In this document: positions 1-13,599 of the stretch, piece by piece
Numbering within the stretch: the first letter of the stretch is position 1
How the letters are laid out: each line of letters opens with the position of its first letter
Made by a program: the position numbers and the translations under genes
The notes under the pieces: generated by a model
Seen by the model: only the letters and a program-made list of their open reading frames with translations
Databases searched by the model: none
What the model was told of the DNA's origin: nothing
Source: Convolutriloba macropyga
Lineage: Eukaryota
Reading direction: 5' to 3'
Length of the DNA stretch: 64,000 nt
Assembly: GCF_964194025.1 (NCBI RefSeq)
Contig: NC_134476.1
Coordinates: forward strand, 16,926,001-16,990,000

Positions 1-645
1 TCTTGTTGGGACGTGAGTGAGACTACCAGCAATAGCAGATTTTGACTTGTTCGAACCCATTCTATTCAAGGCCTACGAATAGACAAAGACAGTTCCTGCT
101 ACCTTTATCATCAGGAAGGGCTTGAACACATCTTTCATACAGCCCGAAAACTCAGCACGGACTATTCTAATGAGCAACAACCAAATTGCGAGACTAGACG
201 AGGACAATGTGAAAACTGAACCAGCAGTGGAGGAGACCATATCTCAATCAGAACAACAACTTCAGAACACAGATATGGGACCTTCACTTCAAGGTGAAGC
301 TTCTGCAGCCACATCATCTGCAGAACACCAACAACCCGATACCTCAGAGCCTTCACGAACATCAACAAGAAACAGAAAACGTCCCGACAGATTTGGAGAA
401 CCTATACCCACAAAGTTGCTTAAGAAAGGAGGGAGGATGTGATGGTTTCAGAGAAACATCAAGAAACTTGGAAGTTTTCTGTATTAAAGTTTAAAAGAAT
501 GAAAGAAGAACTTACCTGACGATCTTTATTGCTGTGTCGATAAGTAATGGTCACAAAATTAAACTCAATTCTAATTTTGTTTTGGCGCTATCATTATCTT
601 GTTGACCTATCAATCATATGTCAGAAATAAATTCTCCCACCAACA
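1..645 (+). mobile_element. 3' end of an LTR retrotransposon (Gypsy-like): pol tail, polypurine tract and 3' LTR
   Basis: ORF 122-442 ends RTSTRNRKRPDRFGE..KKGGRM, a typical post-integrase tail. It is followed by PPT AAGAAAGGAGGGAGGA (422-437) directly abutting TGTGATGG (438). The candidate LTR ends ..CCACCAACA at 645 (TG..CA). Confidence 0.75.
438..645 (+). repeat. putative 3' LTR (~208 bp)
   Basis: Starts TGT immediately after the PPT and ends ACA, with short imperfect inverted termini. The right end is inferred because no second LTR is in the window. Confidence 0.6.
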
Positions 646-996
646 GAAACCTGATTCTAACATCCATCGACCTCCAACTAATGAGCTCGATTGTACCCAA
701 GCCATATATGATTCTCATGAAATGTTGATGAAAATAGAAAATCACCTCCGGGATTTGGAGTGAAGATCTATTCACATGACACTCATGCAAATTTTTTTTA
801 GCTATTCTAAATTTTTTCTGTATAATTTCGCATAGATAACTACTATAAATACAATCTAATATTTGTATATTTTCAGTTCAGAATTTAATTTAGTATTCAA
901 CTTATTGAATTCTTTGCTATCGACCACGACACCATACATTCTTATAAGCCTAATCTTAAAACATGGGCGCAGATAATGCTTAAAAATCGCGTATAT

Positions 997-1731
997 TTAC
1001 TCGATCAAATTGTACGTTTGGCGACGTGATGACAAAAATTGCTCAATGATAAAATACATGCCTTCAATTGCATTCTCCAGTTTTGGTATGTGAATATACA
1101 CATCGTCATCTGTCTTTACCAAATACTTCACCTTAGGGCATTTTTTGTCCAGGTAATCGAAAGCAATCAGCAGTTTCTTTGTCGGCACGGTTTTGTAATA
1201 CTCGGCGACATTTGTCACAAGTAAATCTCCAAAAATTGTGAACTCGTCCTGAATAAAAAGCTCTTCATCACGAGTAACTGGTTTGCCAATTATGAAAATT
1301 ATTTTCCAATTCCATTTGACCTGGTTTTGAAATGAGGATAAATTTCCATACGTTGTTCTTATAAATTGACGTTGCAGGAATTTGCTCATTCGGTTGAGAA
1401 CAATTAAAATAACTGTGTTTTCCGCATTGCTGAGGTTACAATTGGGCGCCATGATTATTTTTTGCTGCAAAAGTGATAACTCGGTAAATGGTACATTTGG
1501 ATGATGACGGCTTGGCTTATAAACCGAGTTAATATTTATTATACTTTGAATACTTGTTTTGTTTGCCGAATTTTTACTCACATCAATGCCATTTGACTGC
1601 TGATTATTGTAATTCGTCGGCAGATTATGAGAATTAGAAGTGAGAACGTTAAATGAATAATATAAAAAAGAGGAAATAACCAATGCAATTAGGAATCGTA
1701 AGACTAGCCGAATGTTAAATATCTTCTTCAT
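997..1731 (-). CDS. Glycosyltransferase family 31 (beta-1,3-galactosyl/GlcNAc-transferase-like), first coding exon; remainder probably spliced further left
   Basis: N-terminal type II membrane anchor, RQFIRTTYG, IIFIIGK, DEFTIFGDLL, and the YLVKTDDDVYIHIPKL DxD motif. Similarity stops near 1060, consistent with a splice donor. Confidence 0.85.
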   Translation of the reverse strand: MKKIFNIRLVLRFLIALVISSFLYYSFNVLTSNSHNLPTNYNNQQSNGIDVSKNSANKTSIQSIININSVYKPSRHHPNVPFTELSLLQQKIIMAPNCNLSNAENTVILIVLNRMSKFLQRQFIRTTYGNLSSFQNQVKWNWKIIFIIGKPVTRDEELFIQDEFTIFGDLLVTNVAEYYKTVPTKKLLIAFDYLDKKCPKVKYLVKTDDDVYIHIPKLENAIEGMYFIIEQFLSSRRQTYNLIE

Positions 1732-4700
1732 CTTTCTCAGATATATTTGACTAACAATTTGAAAGTAAATAAAGACTAAAAAGACATCAACAGTGTGAAC
1801 AATAAAGCATACTCATCGAAAAGCTTTGAAAAATTGCAAAATGTCAGAGGGTAAAATCAATCTACTGAATTCAGAGTGGGCAATGCTCTATTTATATTCA
1901 AAGGATGATTTGAAACTTTTACAACAGAAGTGTACGCCACGAATGTTATATGTCATTGCATGATATTTGTTCTATGACTGTAAAAATTGTATGATGGCAA
2001 CCCCGACCCATATTTTTGGTTGATTGGAAATGACCATCGCGACACTAATTGTGGATTAAGTTGAAATTTATTTGGTTTTGATATTACACATAGCTCTGCC
2101 CAAGAAAGTCTTTGGGTTTGGTCTCAATCAATTACTACAAAAATATGAGCAATTCAGTTGAAGGCTAATTGCTTTTTCCAAAATAGTTTTGTTTCCTCAA
2201 TACGCAAAATTTATTGAAATTTGAATTTTTGAACATTGACCGCGTAATGAGATCCCTGACCTGTCCTGGCTTACTGGTTTCTAAAGTAAAATTGTCTAAA
2301 CTAAACATTGTCGGACTTCTTTTAATGTAGCCAACTGACAGTCATCAACACGAGAAAGTGAAAAAAAATTACATTACACGAAACAATTAAGTTTTTAATC
2401 CCCCTTAAAAAATTTGAGCCTGAAAAACGAGTCAATTTTCCAAACCAATCCGATAAGAAGAAAATCATGAACCAATCCGATAATGACGAAAAAGGACAAT
2501 TTTTTATGTGAGAAATCTTCGTTTTTTTCTTTTTCGTCGTCTTTTTTGTCGTTCTCTTCGCTTCCGTTCGCCTTCGTTGTTTTCATCGTCTTTTACTTGA
2601 AAGGAATTATCGTTTTTTTTGTCTTTTTTCGTCGCCTCTTACGTCTTTCTTCTGAAAAAAATCGACTTTTTGTGATTGTTTATTGTCGTTTTTTTACCGC
2701 TTCCTCTCAATGCACAAAAAGCGCTGATTTTGAAGAAGATGCTGAACTTTTTTTTAAATTTTATTCGATTGTTGGGTGATTAAGTGAATTAAAATTTTTC
2801 AGATGCTCAGGTCTTACTATAGGATTGTTTTTTTTTAAAAAAGTTCATATGAGTTCTTCCTTCTTCTTCGTCAACCAATACTTAACTATTGAGATAAGAT
2901 ATATATAAAATTCGGTTTCTAACTTAATGACAATTTTCAACCTATGTGACGGATTTGATTTTAATTTTTTGGCCACCGGATAAGATTAAAATTGTCCAAA
3001 TTTTAATAATTTTTCTCCAGAATGAAAGACTTTTTAAAGTGGCCCACAGTATGCCAGCCAGGTGTTAGACCATTTTGAACTTGAGTGAAGTAGAGTGTGT
3101 ACTTTTATCTGGAATCATTTGAAAAGAATTGAAATTACAATTTTTTTTCCAAAAAAGTACCTTTGAGTTGCTTCAGAATTCTTTCGAAGATGATAATATC
3201 TTCCTTGTGCATTTTTGACTTCCCTGAGCGAGTTTTTGCGGGTGTATTTCCGAAGTTTTGCTTTAATCAAGTGTCTTCTCGTTCACAGCTGTTAACCGCT
3301 TGACCATTCAGTTGTTCTTGATACGTATTTTTTAATTTTTTTTTTCAAAATTAACTCTTGATGGCTTACATGTAAATCTTTTTTGATAATCTCTTCACTA
3401 AGACATCACATATGAAACAGAATATGTGTGGGAGTTAGAGAATGTATTAGTGATCTAAAGCAGAAATGCAGCTTTTCTATATGTGGTTATGTTTTGTCTT
3501 CTTCGGAGAGATCATTTTGAGCCAGGTGTTTTCCCTAGTGCTCCGCCCAATTCCCCTACAATATGTTTTACGGAAACTCCACAACTGCCGGCGCCAAGCC
3601 CAGAATAAAAAAGGAGGAGGGTAACAAACTCAGAACATACTCGAAAAGATTCAAAGTCAAATTTTTAACTGTACTTGAAAAAGATTTCCGACACTTTAAT
3701 AGTTCTATTTAATTTTTAAAGATACTAACAAAGTTGAGTGGATTTGAAAGATATTTAGTTTGAGTCGGTTTAAATTGAGTAGATTGGAAAAATGTTTGTT
3801 AGATGTTGTTTTAAATGTGTTTATGTGTTTTGTTATGTTAGGTTTTGTATTATAAATTTCAGCAGCTTCTCTACAAGTAATACTTTCCATTGTTTCTATA
3901 AAGTACACATTAGGGACACATTGTAAAGACCATATTCTGACCCACAAATTCTCAGGAATCTCAAAAATATTCCCAAATTTGATCAAAAGCGACGTTTTCT
4001 TAAGTACAAATAACGGCAATCCGTTTGTAAAAGTTGAAGAAAAAAACGATGCTCCACATGTACGAAATGACGCAAAAAACAACAATCAACATGTAAGAAA
4101 CGACGCAAAAACGACGATTCATTTGTTAAACACGACCAACAAACGACGAAAAAACAATCATTAATTACAAAAAGATAACGAAGTGGAAAACAACAATTAC
4201 CACATAAGGACGTTGATCGTTTTTGTCTATGGAAAATATGAGAAGACGACAATTTATAACAAGTGAAAAACGAAATTCCTCAACACGAAGAGTGAAAATC
4301 AGACCAGCAAAATGATAACGCAGTTTTTCGCCCCAAATATATCCCTTTGAACACTGTAAGTACTATTAGCATTAAAGATTAGGAATACGTTAAAGTTTTA
4401 TTCCGAATTTCGGTAATAAAATCAAAAAAGGATTAGCACAGAGTTGGGAAAGGATATTTTCATAAAAAAAAGTATGTAGATGAAATGATAGAGGGTTGAA
4501 ATGATGCAGATTAGAACATGTGTTTAATGAATCGCGGTGAAAACAAGTATAACAGGGTATTGTACTTAAAAAATGAAACCAAACTGTATTTTTGAGCGTT
4601 TATTCTGTATGCACTCAACGACTAGATATAAATAAAATCTCTGATCTCAACAACTTTTTATTTTCATCTAACAAAATGTTCGGAGTTTTATGTTTTACGT

Positions 4701-5947
4701 TTTAAGTTATTACATATCTCGTTCAGAAATTAATGGTTGTTTATTAGTATATTATAGCTGAGACCAAGGCTAATCTTCTACACCTTTTAAAATGTACAAG
4801 AATGACGATTGTAAATACCATCTGAATGGCTTAATCATAAGCTACTAAATGTTATTATTTGAAAAATTGGCCTCAGTTGAAAACTGAAAGACATGTATTT
4901 TGAACATATTTAGAGTAAATTTTCATTCAGTTGAATAGCAGAAATTACATGTGGCTGTCGTTGATTCTTTTTGTCAATAATATATGTTTTTGTAATCTAT
5001 TGATAAGAAAATGGTCCATATGTATTGTCAGCGTCGCTGCCAAATTGAGACGGACATTTTTTTTCCGTTTAACAGATTCAGTTCCGAAAAACGTAGCAAT
5101 GTCTAGCAGGCCATTTTGAGAAACCAGACAACGAACGAACAAAAACTTTCCATTGTCGCTATGCTATAATCATCAACTCAGCTCCCCTGTTTTATAACTT
5201 GATCTTAAAACACATTAGAAAAGGCCCTGTATTATGGAATATGACCACATAGGAACTTTTGTTTTGTTCTTTTGACGCCCGATTCCAATAACATGGCAAT
5301 TTTGCCATCTATAGAATTGAACAGGCGGGCGGTGACAGAGCACGTTTTTCCATTGGTATTTCACATTTTCGCATTTTTATTTAAAAAGTTGGGTATCATT
5401 GCAATTAATGTCGGCACTTTTTCTCTGCAAATTGTTCTACCCAAATTGTTCATCCGCTCATGTTGATAAGTGAATGATGAAATGTATGTTGGATTGTTCT
5501 CGTCATCTTGGATGAAGCTCAAATAAGACTGCATTTTAGATATTGAAAAAAAACAGACGAACATGGACATCTTATATACTGAGAATCACTCAAATGGTGT
5601 GACTGAAAAAATCCAAGGAAAATTGTGCACCAATAGAATTGATATCGTGGTTTTCGAAATCAGTAATTTTAGCAATAAACAAACTACCGAAGATTAGCAA
5701 AGAAATCCAAATGAGATAAAATGCCAGGTCAATTTGAAATACATTTAACATTTGAACATGTTTCAGCTGAGAGCAAGTACGATGAGTTCATGATCAGTTC
5801 ATGCATTATTCGAAACAATTCAATTAAAATTCGAAATATTTACTTATCGTAGTATAGTATAAAAAATATGTTAAAAAACTTAAAAATGTTTTCATTTTAT
5901 GATAACGTGTTGTTCTTCTCTCACCCCGAATAATATTGACAATTTTG

Positions 5948-6089
5948 GGATCTTTTCCTGTTGTCCCCCCCCCCCGTTACAGAACGCGTGCTATTAAATA
6001 GTAAATTGTCATGTAAAATATGGCACGTGCGTCTGGGGTCTGTAGATAATATGCGCCTACTAAGCTGGAGGCACATAGGGAAAAGATCA
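5948..6089. mobile_element. Merlin-type MITE
   Basis: TIR GGATCTTTTCC / GGAAAAGATC with 8-bp flanking duplication CAATTTTG. Internal sequence is similar to the 48382-48537 copy (GCACGTGCG.CTGGGG). Confidence 0.7.
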
Positions 6090-7269
6090 CAATTTTGACA
6101 TATCTTAATCATATAAAGCACATATAATTCTTTCCTCATTTACTATAAAGTTATTTAATTTATTTAGTTATTTATCCAGGGTTAGACTTCGGCTTGAGAA
6201 AGGACCAAACACGTTCAAAATGTGCTATGGAAATACAATGGTTGACTCAAACAGTCCATGAAAACACTTTAGCTCAACTTGGGTGTTCATCTCGATTTTT
6301 AACTTGATTCAAGTTATAGATGCTGGAATTAAGCTCGACCCAAGTGTTTGTGCCGGACTTTAGCTCTACCCAAATTTGTTTCTCCATTTTAGCCCCCAAA
6401 TGTAACTAATATAAGGATTGTACCCAATAAAGCTGCTATAATCGATATATTAAACATAATGGAAATGGTAACACATAATAGAAAATAATACATGACTTGC
6501 CATATCAATCTTTTTGCTGCTATCTCTTTTGAATTTAATTATTGTTCCGACCCACTTGTGGGGGGAGGAACTATATACTCAAATGGTTTTTCTTGTTCAG
6601 TCAATTTTGGCCGACCGATATATTCATCGTAGAGAAATGTGAGTGGTATCATTAAAAAGCTCATCCGGCGTAGAATTCAAAATTAAAAAGATTTTTTTGA
6701 ATTTCATTTTTTTCGAAGAGTTATCGAGGATTGAACTTTTGTGTGAACACGGGATATTTGGTTCACTTTTGTTCACTTTTACCCTAATTTTTGTTCGAAT
6801 TAACATTTTTTCTACGAAAATTTTAATTCAAAATTAGATTTCACGCCACAAAATAAATCAATTTTTGGTTCTTAATAGACCAAAGGCGATAAAAGACCAG
6901 TTCTAATCTCAGAGGGAAGTTTAATATCGAAAAAAAATTGAATTCTATTTGGGAGCTCTTTTTTTTCGAAAATATTGCATTTTTTTGTCTTTTCAAGTCA
7001 CCTAGCGACTAGTAACTTTTAATATAAAGGCTCCGTTAAACAAAAACCTTATTTACAATCAAATGAAGCCCAATGAACAAAAACTTTGTTTCCAAACGAT
7101 CGCTCATGTTTTTTTTTGGATTCGTATCTCAGTTTTCGTAATTTCAAATGAAATTTTGATCTTCTTTTTGAGGTTTTACTAAAGTTTTAGAATGCTATGG
7201 CATAAACTCGTTGCCTAAAGGTGCAATAGATATCGTTATGAGCATTAAGTGAACCTATCTAGTGCTGTG

Positions 7270-8600
7270 AGTGGAGAGCTAATGGCTGTTAAGGCTTCTA
7301 ATGGCTGTTAAGGCTTAAAAATTTTCGAAGATTTTTTTTAATATTAGTAAATCATAAACCTATTTTTGTGAACTGTAAGTTCGCCTCAGTAAAAACAGGA
7401 CCCCCACTTCTTCCTACTGCGACCAAAATTAATCTCATTAGCGGTTTTAGCAAATAACTATTGATTATACGACATCAATACCACAAGATATTTTTTTTTA
7501 ATTTTTGGACATTTCGTTTTATTGGTTACTTTTGAAATCTTATCACGTCATCCTAATATTGATAGCTACTATTGTTTTAGCAAAGACCTTCAAAGGATCA
7601 TAGATAATTTTTTCAGAGAAAAAGGATGGTTTAAGTGGCTTCAACACTTTCTTCTCGAATTTTTCTACAGAATTTTTTGTTTTTGACTGTATTTGTTTTT
7701 TCTATAGTCATAAGACATATTGTGATGTCTTATTGATTACCTAGGCATAAAAAACATCCTTGTATTCACATTGTGGCATTGCTGAGCCTATTCATTGATT
7801 TCTGTTGAAATCTATTGAGTTTAATGGCTGTTAACTCTTCAAAAAATAGTTTTTTGAAAATTTTCTTTGAACATTAATCAATCTTAAACTTTTTTCCGTG
7901 AACTGTTAGTCGGTCTCAGTAATGACAGAACTGCTTTTCTTTCTAATTGAGCAACAGTTTATCTAATTAGCGGTTTTGTCTTATAACTATTGATTTTTTG
8001 ACTTCGGTGCACAAGTTTTCATAATTTTTTTTTAATTTTTGGATATTTTTTTTAGTAATTTTGGTTTCTTTTCAAATTATATTACATTATCCTAATATTG
8101 ACAGCTCCCATTGGCGTAGAGAAGACGTTCATTGGATCGTAGAAAACATTTCAGAGAAAAATGCTTATGGTTTAAATGGCGTCGACACTTTCTTCTCGCA
8201 CTTTCCTACTGTATTTTTGGATTTTGCCTGTACTTGTTGTTGTTTTCATAGTCAATGACATGTTGTTATGTCTAATTGATAACTTTTTAATGACAAATAT
8301 CCTTGTTTTTACATCATCTAGGCAAAATTTAGCGTATTGAATGCCTTCCATTGAAAGCTATTGAATTTTATGACGTTGATACTATGGGTTTTCTCTGAAA
8401 TTTTGTGGTTTTGATATATTTCTCATTGCCAGACGACTTATTGCGATTAGTTATCGATTACCGATGGATGAAACGTACGATTGCTAATCCATTGATGCAG
8501 AATTTATTAATTTAATTCCGTTGAAAACTATTGAATTTAATGTCTTTGATAAGAGGGGTTTTCTCAAAAATGTCGTGGTTTTAATATATTTGTTTATATT
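7270..8600. repeat. diverged tandem duplication, period ~530 bp
   Basis: Blocks AATGGCTGTTAA..GTGAACTGT..ATTAGCGGTTTT..TCCTAATATTGA..TTTCAGAGAAAA..ACACTTTCTTCTCG occur at ~7300-7800 and ~7824-8340, with partial further copies. Confidence 0.7.
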
Positions 8601-9809
8601 TGTTGTTTTCAAGTCATTTTGTAACAATAAAAACAATCACCCTGCTGTTAAAAATTTAATTGAAAATAGAAGAGATTATACTGAAAAGTTCAATCTCTTA
8701 TGGCGTTGACACTTTTCTCGCTTAATTTTTTTGAGTTTGCTGTTTTTTACCTTTTTTAAATTTTAGGTAGCCGTAAAGTTCTGACCGGTCTCATAAAATT
8801 GTATTTGACAATTATATGAATTTTGTTACCCAAAACAGTCAGTTTATACCCAATTGTCTGAAAATTTATGATATTATAAATGTTCAAAGATTTTTCAGTT
8901 TTTGTTCTTTTCGTCAACTTGTAACTTATTCTCGTCATTGAGAGGTCCCATCCAATTCTTTGAATTTCAAAAAATAACATGTCTACTGATATTATGTTGT
9001 AACTTATGTTTTGTTTGTGGACAATATGCGTTTTCATAAAAAAAAATTGTGAGTGGTGTATTTGTGTTTCTTTTTCTCTTCTTTTAGCTTATTCAGGTAA
9101 TAACAGATCCCAATGATTTGCAAATGTGGCCCAAATGAACTAACTTATTTACTCTTTCAGTATAATTTTAGCTGAATTAGTATAAATGAAAACTCAAACA
9201 AAATTACCTAAAATTCTGGTATTAGCTAATGATTTTAATGGCTTCGATAATTTGTGTTTTTGTTCGTACTTTTTTGAGATTTTCTGCGTCTTTGTGTAAG
9301 TTGTTCAAAATTTTTTGAGATTTTCTTCGTATTTAGTCCGTTCCTATGCCTTAGTCTTGGCAAAGACAGGTCCAATTTTTTCATAATGACTTTTTAGTAA
9401 ATTTATCAAGAATTATTTCGTTAGAAGCTAAAGGATTTGACTTTTGAAATTATTTGGTTTAAGAAATATTGATTGATCTTTGACTTTAACCTCATTTTTC
9501 TTCTCCATGTCGACTTTTTACCTAGTCTCATCATGGAAAACATCCATCTGCTGTATAGTTAGGAAAAACTAATTTTGTGTAGTTAAGGTTTTATCTGATT
9601 GCATTTTGACGTTGTTACTGGGTGCTTTTAAATTTATTTATTCGGTTTCTGCCGTGAAATTTTTGTTTTTCCTTTTTTGCTTTTTGTTGTTTTTTCTCGT
9701 AGTCTTTTTGTTGGCAGATATCGTGAGCGCTGTAATGAGGCATGGCTTTATGTAATTCAATTAGTATTAAGATTTTAGTATTAATTTTTTAAAACTCAAA
9801 CATCTATTT

Positions 9810-10698
9810 GTTCGAGAAAAAAATGCAAAAATACGTAAGATAAGCGGTGAAAATTTAGTTTTTTCACTGCAAATTTCGTACGTAATTTAGCGGTGAAATG
9901 CGGTGAATGCGGTGAAATTATGTAAGTTCACCGCTAGACTAAGCGGTGGTCTTACAACAGTTCACCACAATTCACCGCTAAAATATGTATTTTCACCGCC
10001 CTTACAAGGGTCCGAACCTGTCACATCCTGCATGTCATCCATTTCTTCTTCCACTGCGCCATCTCTCACTAAATTCAATTAATTTTTGTTTGAATATAAA
10101 TCGAATTCACACTACTTTCTGCAAAACATGTGCGGTGAATTTTTGTAAGATTTGCACTTTTTAGCGGTGAAATTACATTTTTTAGCGGTGAAATGTGGTG
10201 AATTTCTGTAAGTTCACCGCTTACTCTAGTGGTGAAATTACGTAATTCACCGCTTAGAAAAAAATGTCAAAAAGACGTAAGATTAAGGGGTAGTTTTAGT
10301 GGGAAGGCAAATCTAACAATTCCTCTCACATTCACCATTAAATTCACTGCATTCTTTGCTGATCTCAAACATCTGTAACAATTTTTTCTAAGCGGTGAAT
10401 TTATGTATGTTCACAACTATGTTGAGCGGTGAGTTTATGTAATTTCACCGCATTCACCGCTTCTCTTACATAAGTTGGACCTTTTTTTCGAAGCGGTGAA
10501 TTTTTGTAATTTCACCGCTAAATTCAGCGGTGAAATTATGTAATTTCAGCGCTACGAGGCGATAAAGTTTTTTCACCGCATTCACCGCCTGATTTATGTA
10601 ATGTCACCGCATTCACCGCTTATCTTACAAAAAATTTCCGCATTAACCGCTTATCTTACATAATTTTGCGTTGAATGGCGGTGACACCTCGACCCGGG
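9810..10698 (-). mobile_element. CMC/EnSpm-like non-autonomous element (CCCGGGTCGAG TIR) with GCGGTGAA subterminal repeats and tRNA-like core
   Basis: Right end CACCTCGACCCGGG and dozens of GCGGTGAA/TTCACCGC motifs. The left end is degenerate. Homologous to 46832-47458. Confidence 0.75.
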
Positions 10699-12453
10699 TT
10701 TGGTTGACAGTTAAGTCAAACATGCAGATGAGCTCGGGTCGGAACATCATGTGCGAACGCACATTAACGAGCCGCCTTGTTTTCCTCAAAATTATACGTC
10801 GATGTGTATCTTAAAGTAACTTTCAATTGCTGTATGCCTCATACAAAAATGAAATAATTTTGAACTGCACTGTAGTTTATAAAAAAAATTGCTACCTCTC
10901 TATAGACGTCTTAATAATTATGAGTTAACTTTTTATTTTCATTTTTCCATAGTAAATTTTCATTCTAACTCAATAAAAAAGTTTCCAACATTGTAGGAAT
11001 ATTCTTTTACCTTCATTATTTTAAATATATATGTATGATGAGGTTTTTCTCTTACATGATCGTTTTGAATTGCATCTATTGCATACTCTTGTCTTCTTTC
11101 CATTTTTCCATTTTGGATTCCAAATTAAAAAAAAAAGAAGTTAGTGGCTTTTGGCAACAGAATGTCAACTTTTATATTAACAATAAATTCTACTTTTTTA
11201 CAATTTATCCTTTTTGTACTAGCAAGCACAACAAACATGGCATTGAAAAAACAATACTCTGTCTTTATTGTTTATCGTCACTAATAGTTTAGAACAAAAA
11301 CCATATTTAATCTTTTCCAAACCATAAACCAAAAATTCTGTTATCTTTTTCTTTATACTCATTTACACGTGTCCTCTTTCTGCAGCAACATTATCAATCT
11401 TAAATTGAATATCTCTTACACTCTTATTTCCAACAAAAGTGTATTTATGTACAAAACCTCTTTGATCTTCACCAGTACTTGAAAGTAACTTACCAAATAG
11501 ATTTGAAAATCTGAAAGAAAAAGTTCAATCTCTTTATTTTTTTCTCACTACAAATCTCAATTTTGTAGAGCTTTTATAAGCGACCATACGACAATGTTCA
11601 AATCTAATGATAGCACAAGTTGGATATATAGTACCAGCATCATCTGATACTACAATTTCATTTTCGAAAATAGAATCGTTTAAATTTATTTGCGTCTCAT
11701 TTTGTTCTGGAAAAGGCTAATGTTAGTGTATTACTGTAATCATGATTTTATGATGTTTCGATGAGATTTTTGACATCCCGTTCTTGTGTATATCGTTTTT
11801 AGAATTAAAAAAATATCTATAGGTCTAAGAATATAATTGAAAATTTATCTAAGTTGAATTTGATTTCTTATAAGGAAACGATTAATGATTGTACGAAAAT
11901 TTAAGGTAATGATTAATTAAAGTACAAGTTCATTCAGTGTAAAATTTTATTTTCGTAACTGAATAATTGAAGCTATAAACCACATCAAATTTTACGCTAA
12001 CTATAGAAGTGAAAGTTACTGTTCAGGTTAGTTTATGTCTGACTACTTCAGTTCCTAAATTAAATTCAGTTCATCACCATAAAAAGTTATTTATTCTACC
12101 GTGTTACTCTTTAACAATGGATCTTTTACTCCAGAGCTAATATTGAAGAGAACGAGTTTTTTTGTTTATTGATAAAGTCAACTGTCTTATCTACAGTGTG
12201 TTCTCCTTTTTCATTGTTCTGTTTCTCACACTTTTACGATTTCCCCGTTGAGTTATCAGCATCAAAGCCTACTACTCCACCAACATCCATTTTACATTAA
12301 ATTGTATTATTAGAATCTTCTTTTATTATGCTACCATCAGTTTTATCTTTTATTCTGTCCCCTCTATCTGATAACTCCATATTATCTTGGTATTAATTTC
12401 GTTCTCATTAAAGCAATATCATTTTCACCAGTAAAAGCATTTCGTAATCGCTA

Positions 12454-13119
12454 CCCGGGTCGAGATGTCAGCGCCGTTTCAGCGCATTATTTTGTAAGAA
12501 GTGCACTGAATATGCTAAAATTATGTAAGAAATGAGTTGAATGCGCTGATATGCGCTGAAATGAGCTGAAACGCGCTGATTTTTCAAAATTTTTAGCGCA
12601 AAAATCTTACATAATTTTGCGCTGAAATGCGCTGAAACTTTGTAAGAAATGTATTCAAAATTCAGCGCATTTCTTAAAATTATTTAGTGGATTTAAACGC
12701 TTTTTGACAACGATTCCTCAATTTCGAACCATTTAGTTTTCCTTATATAACGTTTATCTTTTTCTTAAAAAATGCGCTGAAAATATGTAAGAAATTCGCT
12801 GAATTTTCAGCGCATTTCTTACATAATTTCAGCGCATTTTTTCCTAAACTGTCTATTAATATAAAATTAAATTAAATAGGAAGAAGTTCAGGAATCCTTG
12901 GCGAACTGGATTGGGTGAAGGCTGCGGCACGGGAGAGCAGAGTTCGATTCTCAGTGCCAGCTATTTTTTGAAAACTCAGTGGTTTTCAGTGCGTTTTTTG
13001 CAAAGCTTCAGTGCATTTCAGCACATTTCAGCGCATTTTTAAGTAAGGTTTTTGAGTTGAACTTTTTCAAAAATCAGCGCATTTCAGCGCATTTCTTACA
13101 TAAATTTTCTCGACCCGGG
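12454..13119 (+). mobile_element. CMC/EnSpm-like non-autonomous element (GCGCTGAA subfamily) with tRNA-like core
   Basis: Perfect TIR CCCGGGTCGAGA / TCTCGACCCGGG flanked by TA on both sides, with arrays of GCGCTGAA/TTCAGCGC. Confidence 0.85.
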
Positions 13120-13599
13120 TAATGGAATTATTACTCCACCAAGTTATTCCTTTTAGTCACATCAAAAGTCGAGTTGTAAACACAAGTCTCATTAAACGTA
13201 CTTTTCTAGAGATCAGTGTAGAATCAATAATGTTAATTTTTTTCAGTTGCTTCAACAATTCTTACGTCATCTCTACGTGCTTCTTACGTTTCTCTATTGC
13301 ATTTTGATCTGCTTGATTTTCCATAGGATTATGTTATCCTCAATTTCTAGAGATTTGATTTCAAAATTAATTGTAAAAGAAGCAGGTTGTTTTGTATTTC
13401 CGAGACCAGTTGGAATACCGCGAGCACAAGGGAAGTGAACCACGGATGTTTTTATTACTATTTTAGTTGCTAAGAAAAATTGTCTTAATTTGGTCCTTTC
13501 CAAAGATGTGCAAGTACTTTTCTTAGATTTGTTATTCATATACCAGAATTGATATTACGGGCCTCATTGTGAATTAACTTATTTCAAGGCAATCTAACT

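Noticed and set aside
2395-4345. ORFs at 2395-2779 and 3705-4252, and a possible large inverted-repeat element
   Set aside because: Low-complexity AAAACGACG/CGTCGTTTT tracts produce spurious ORFs; termini and TSD could not be defined.
12895-12970. functional tRNA gene
   Set aside because: A/B boxes are present but there are no consistent acceptor or anticodon stems; treated as the tRNA-derived core of a MITE.
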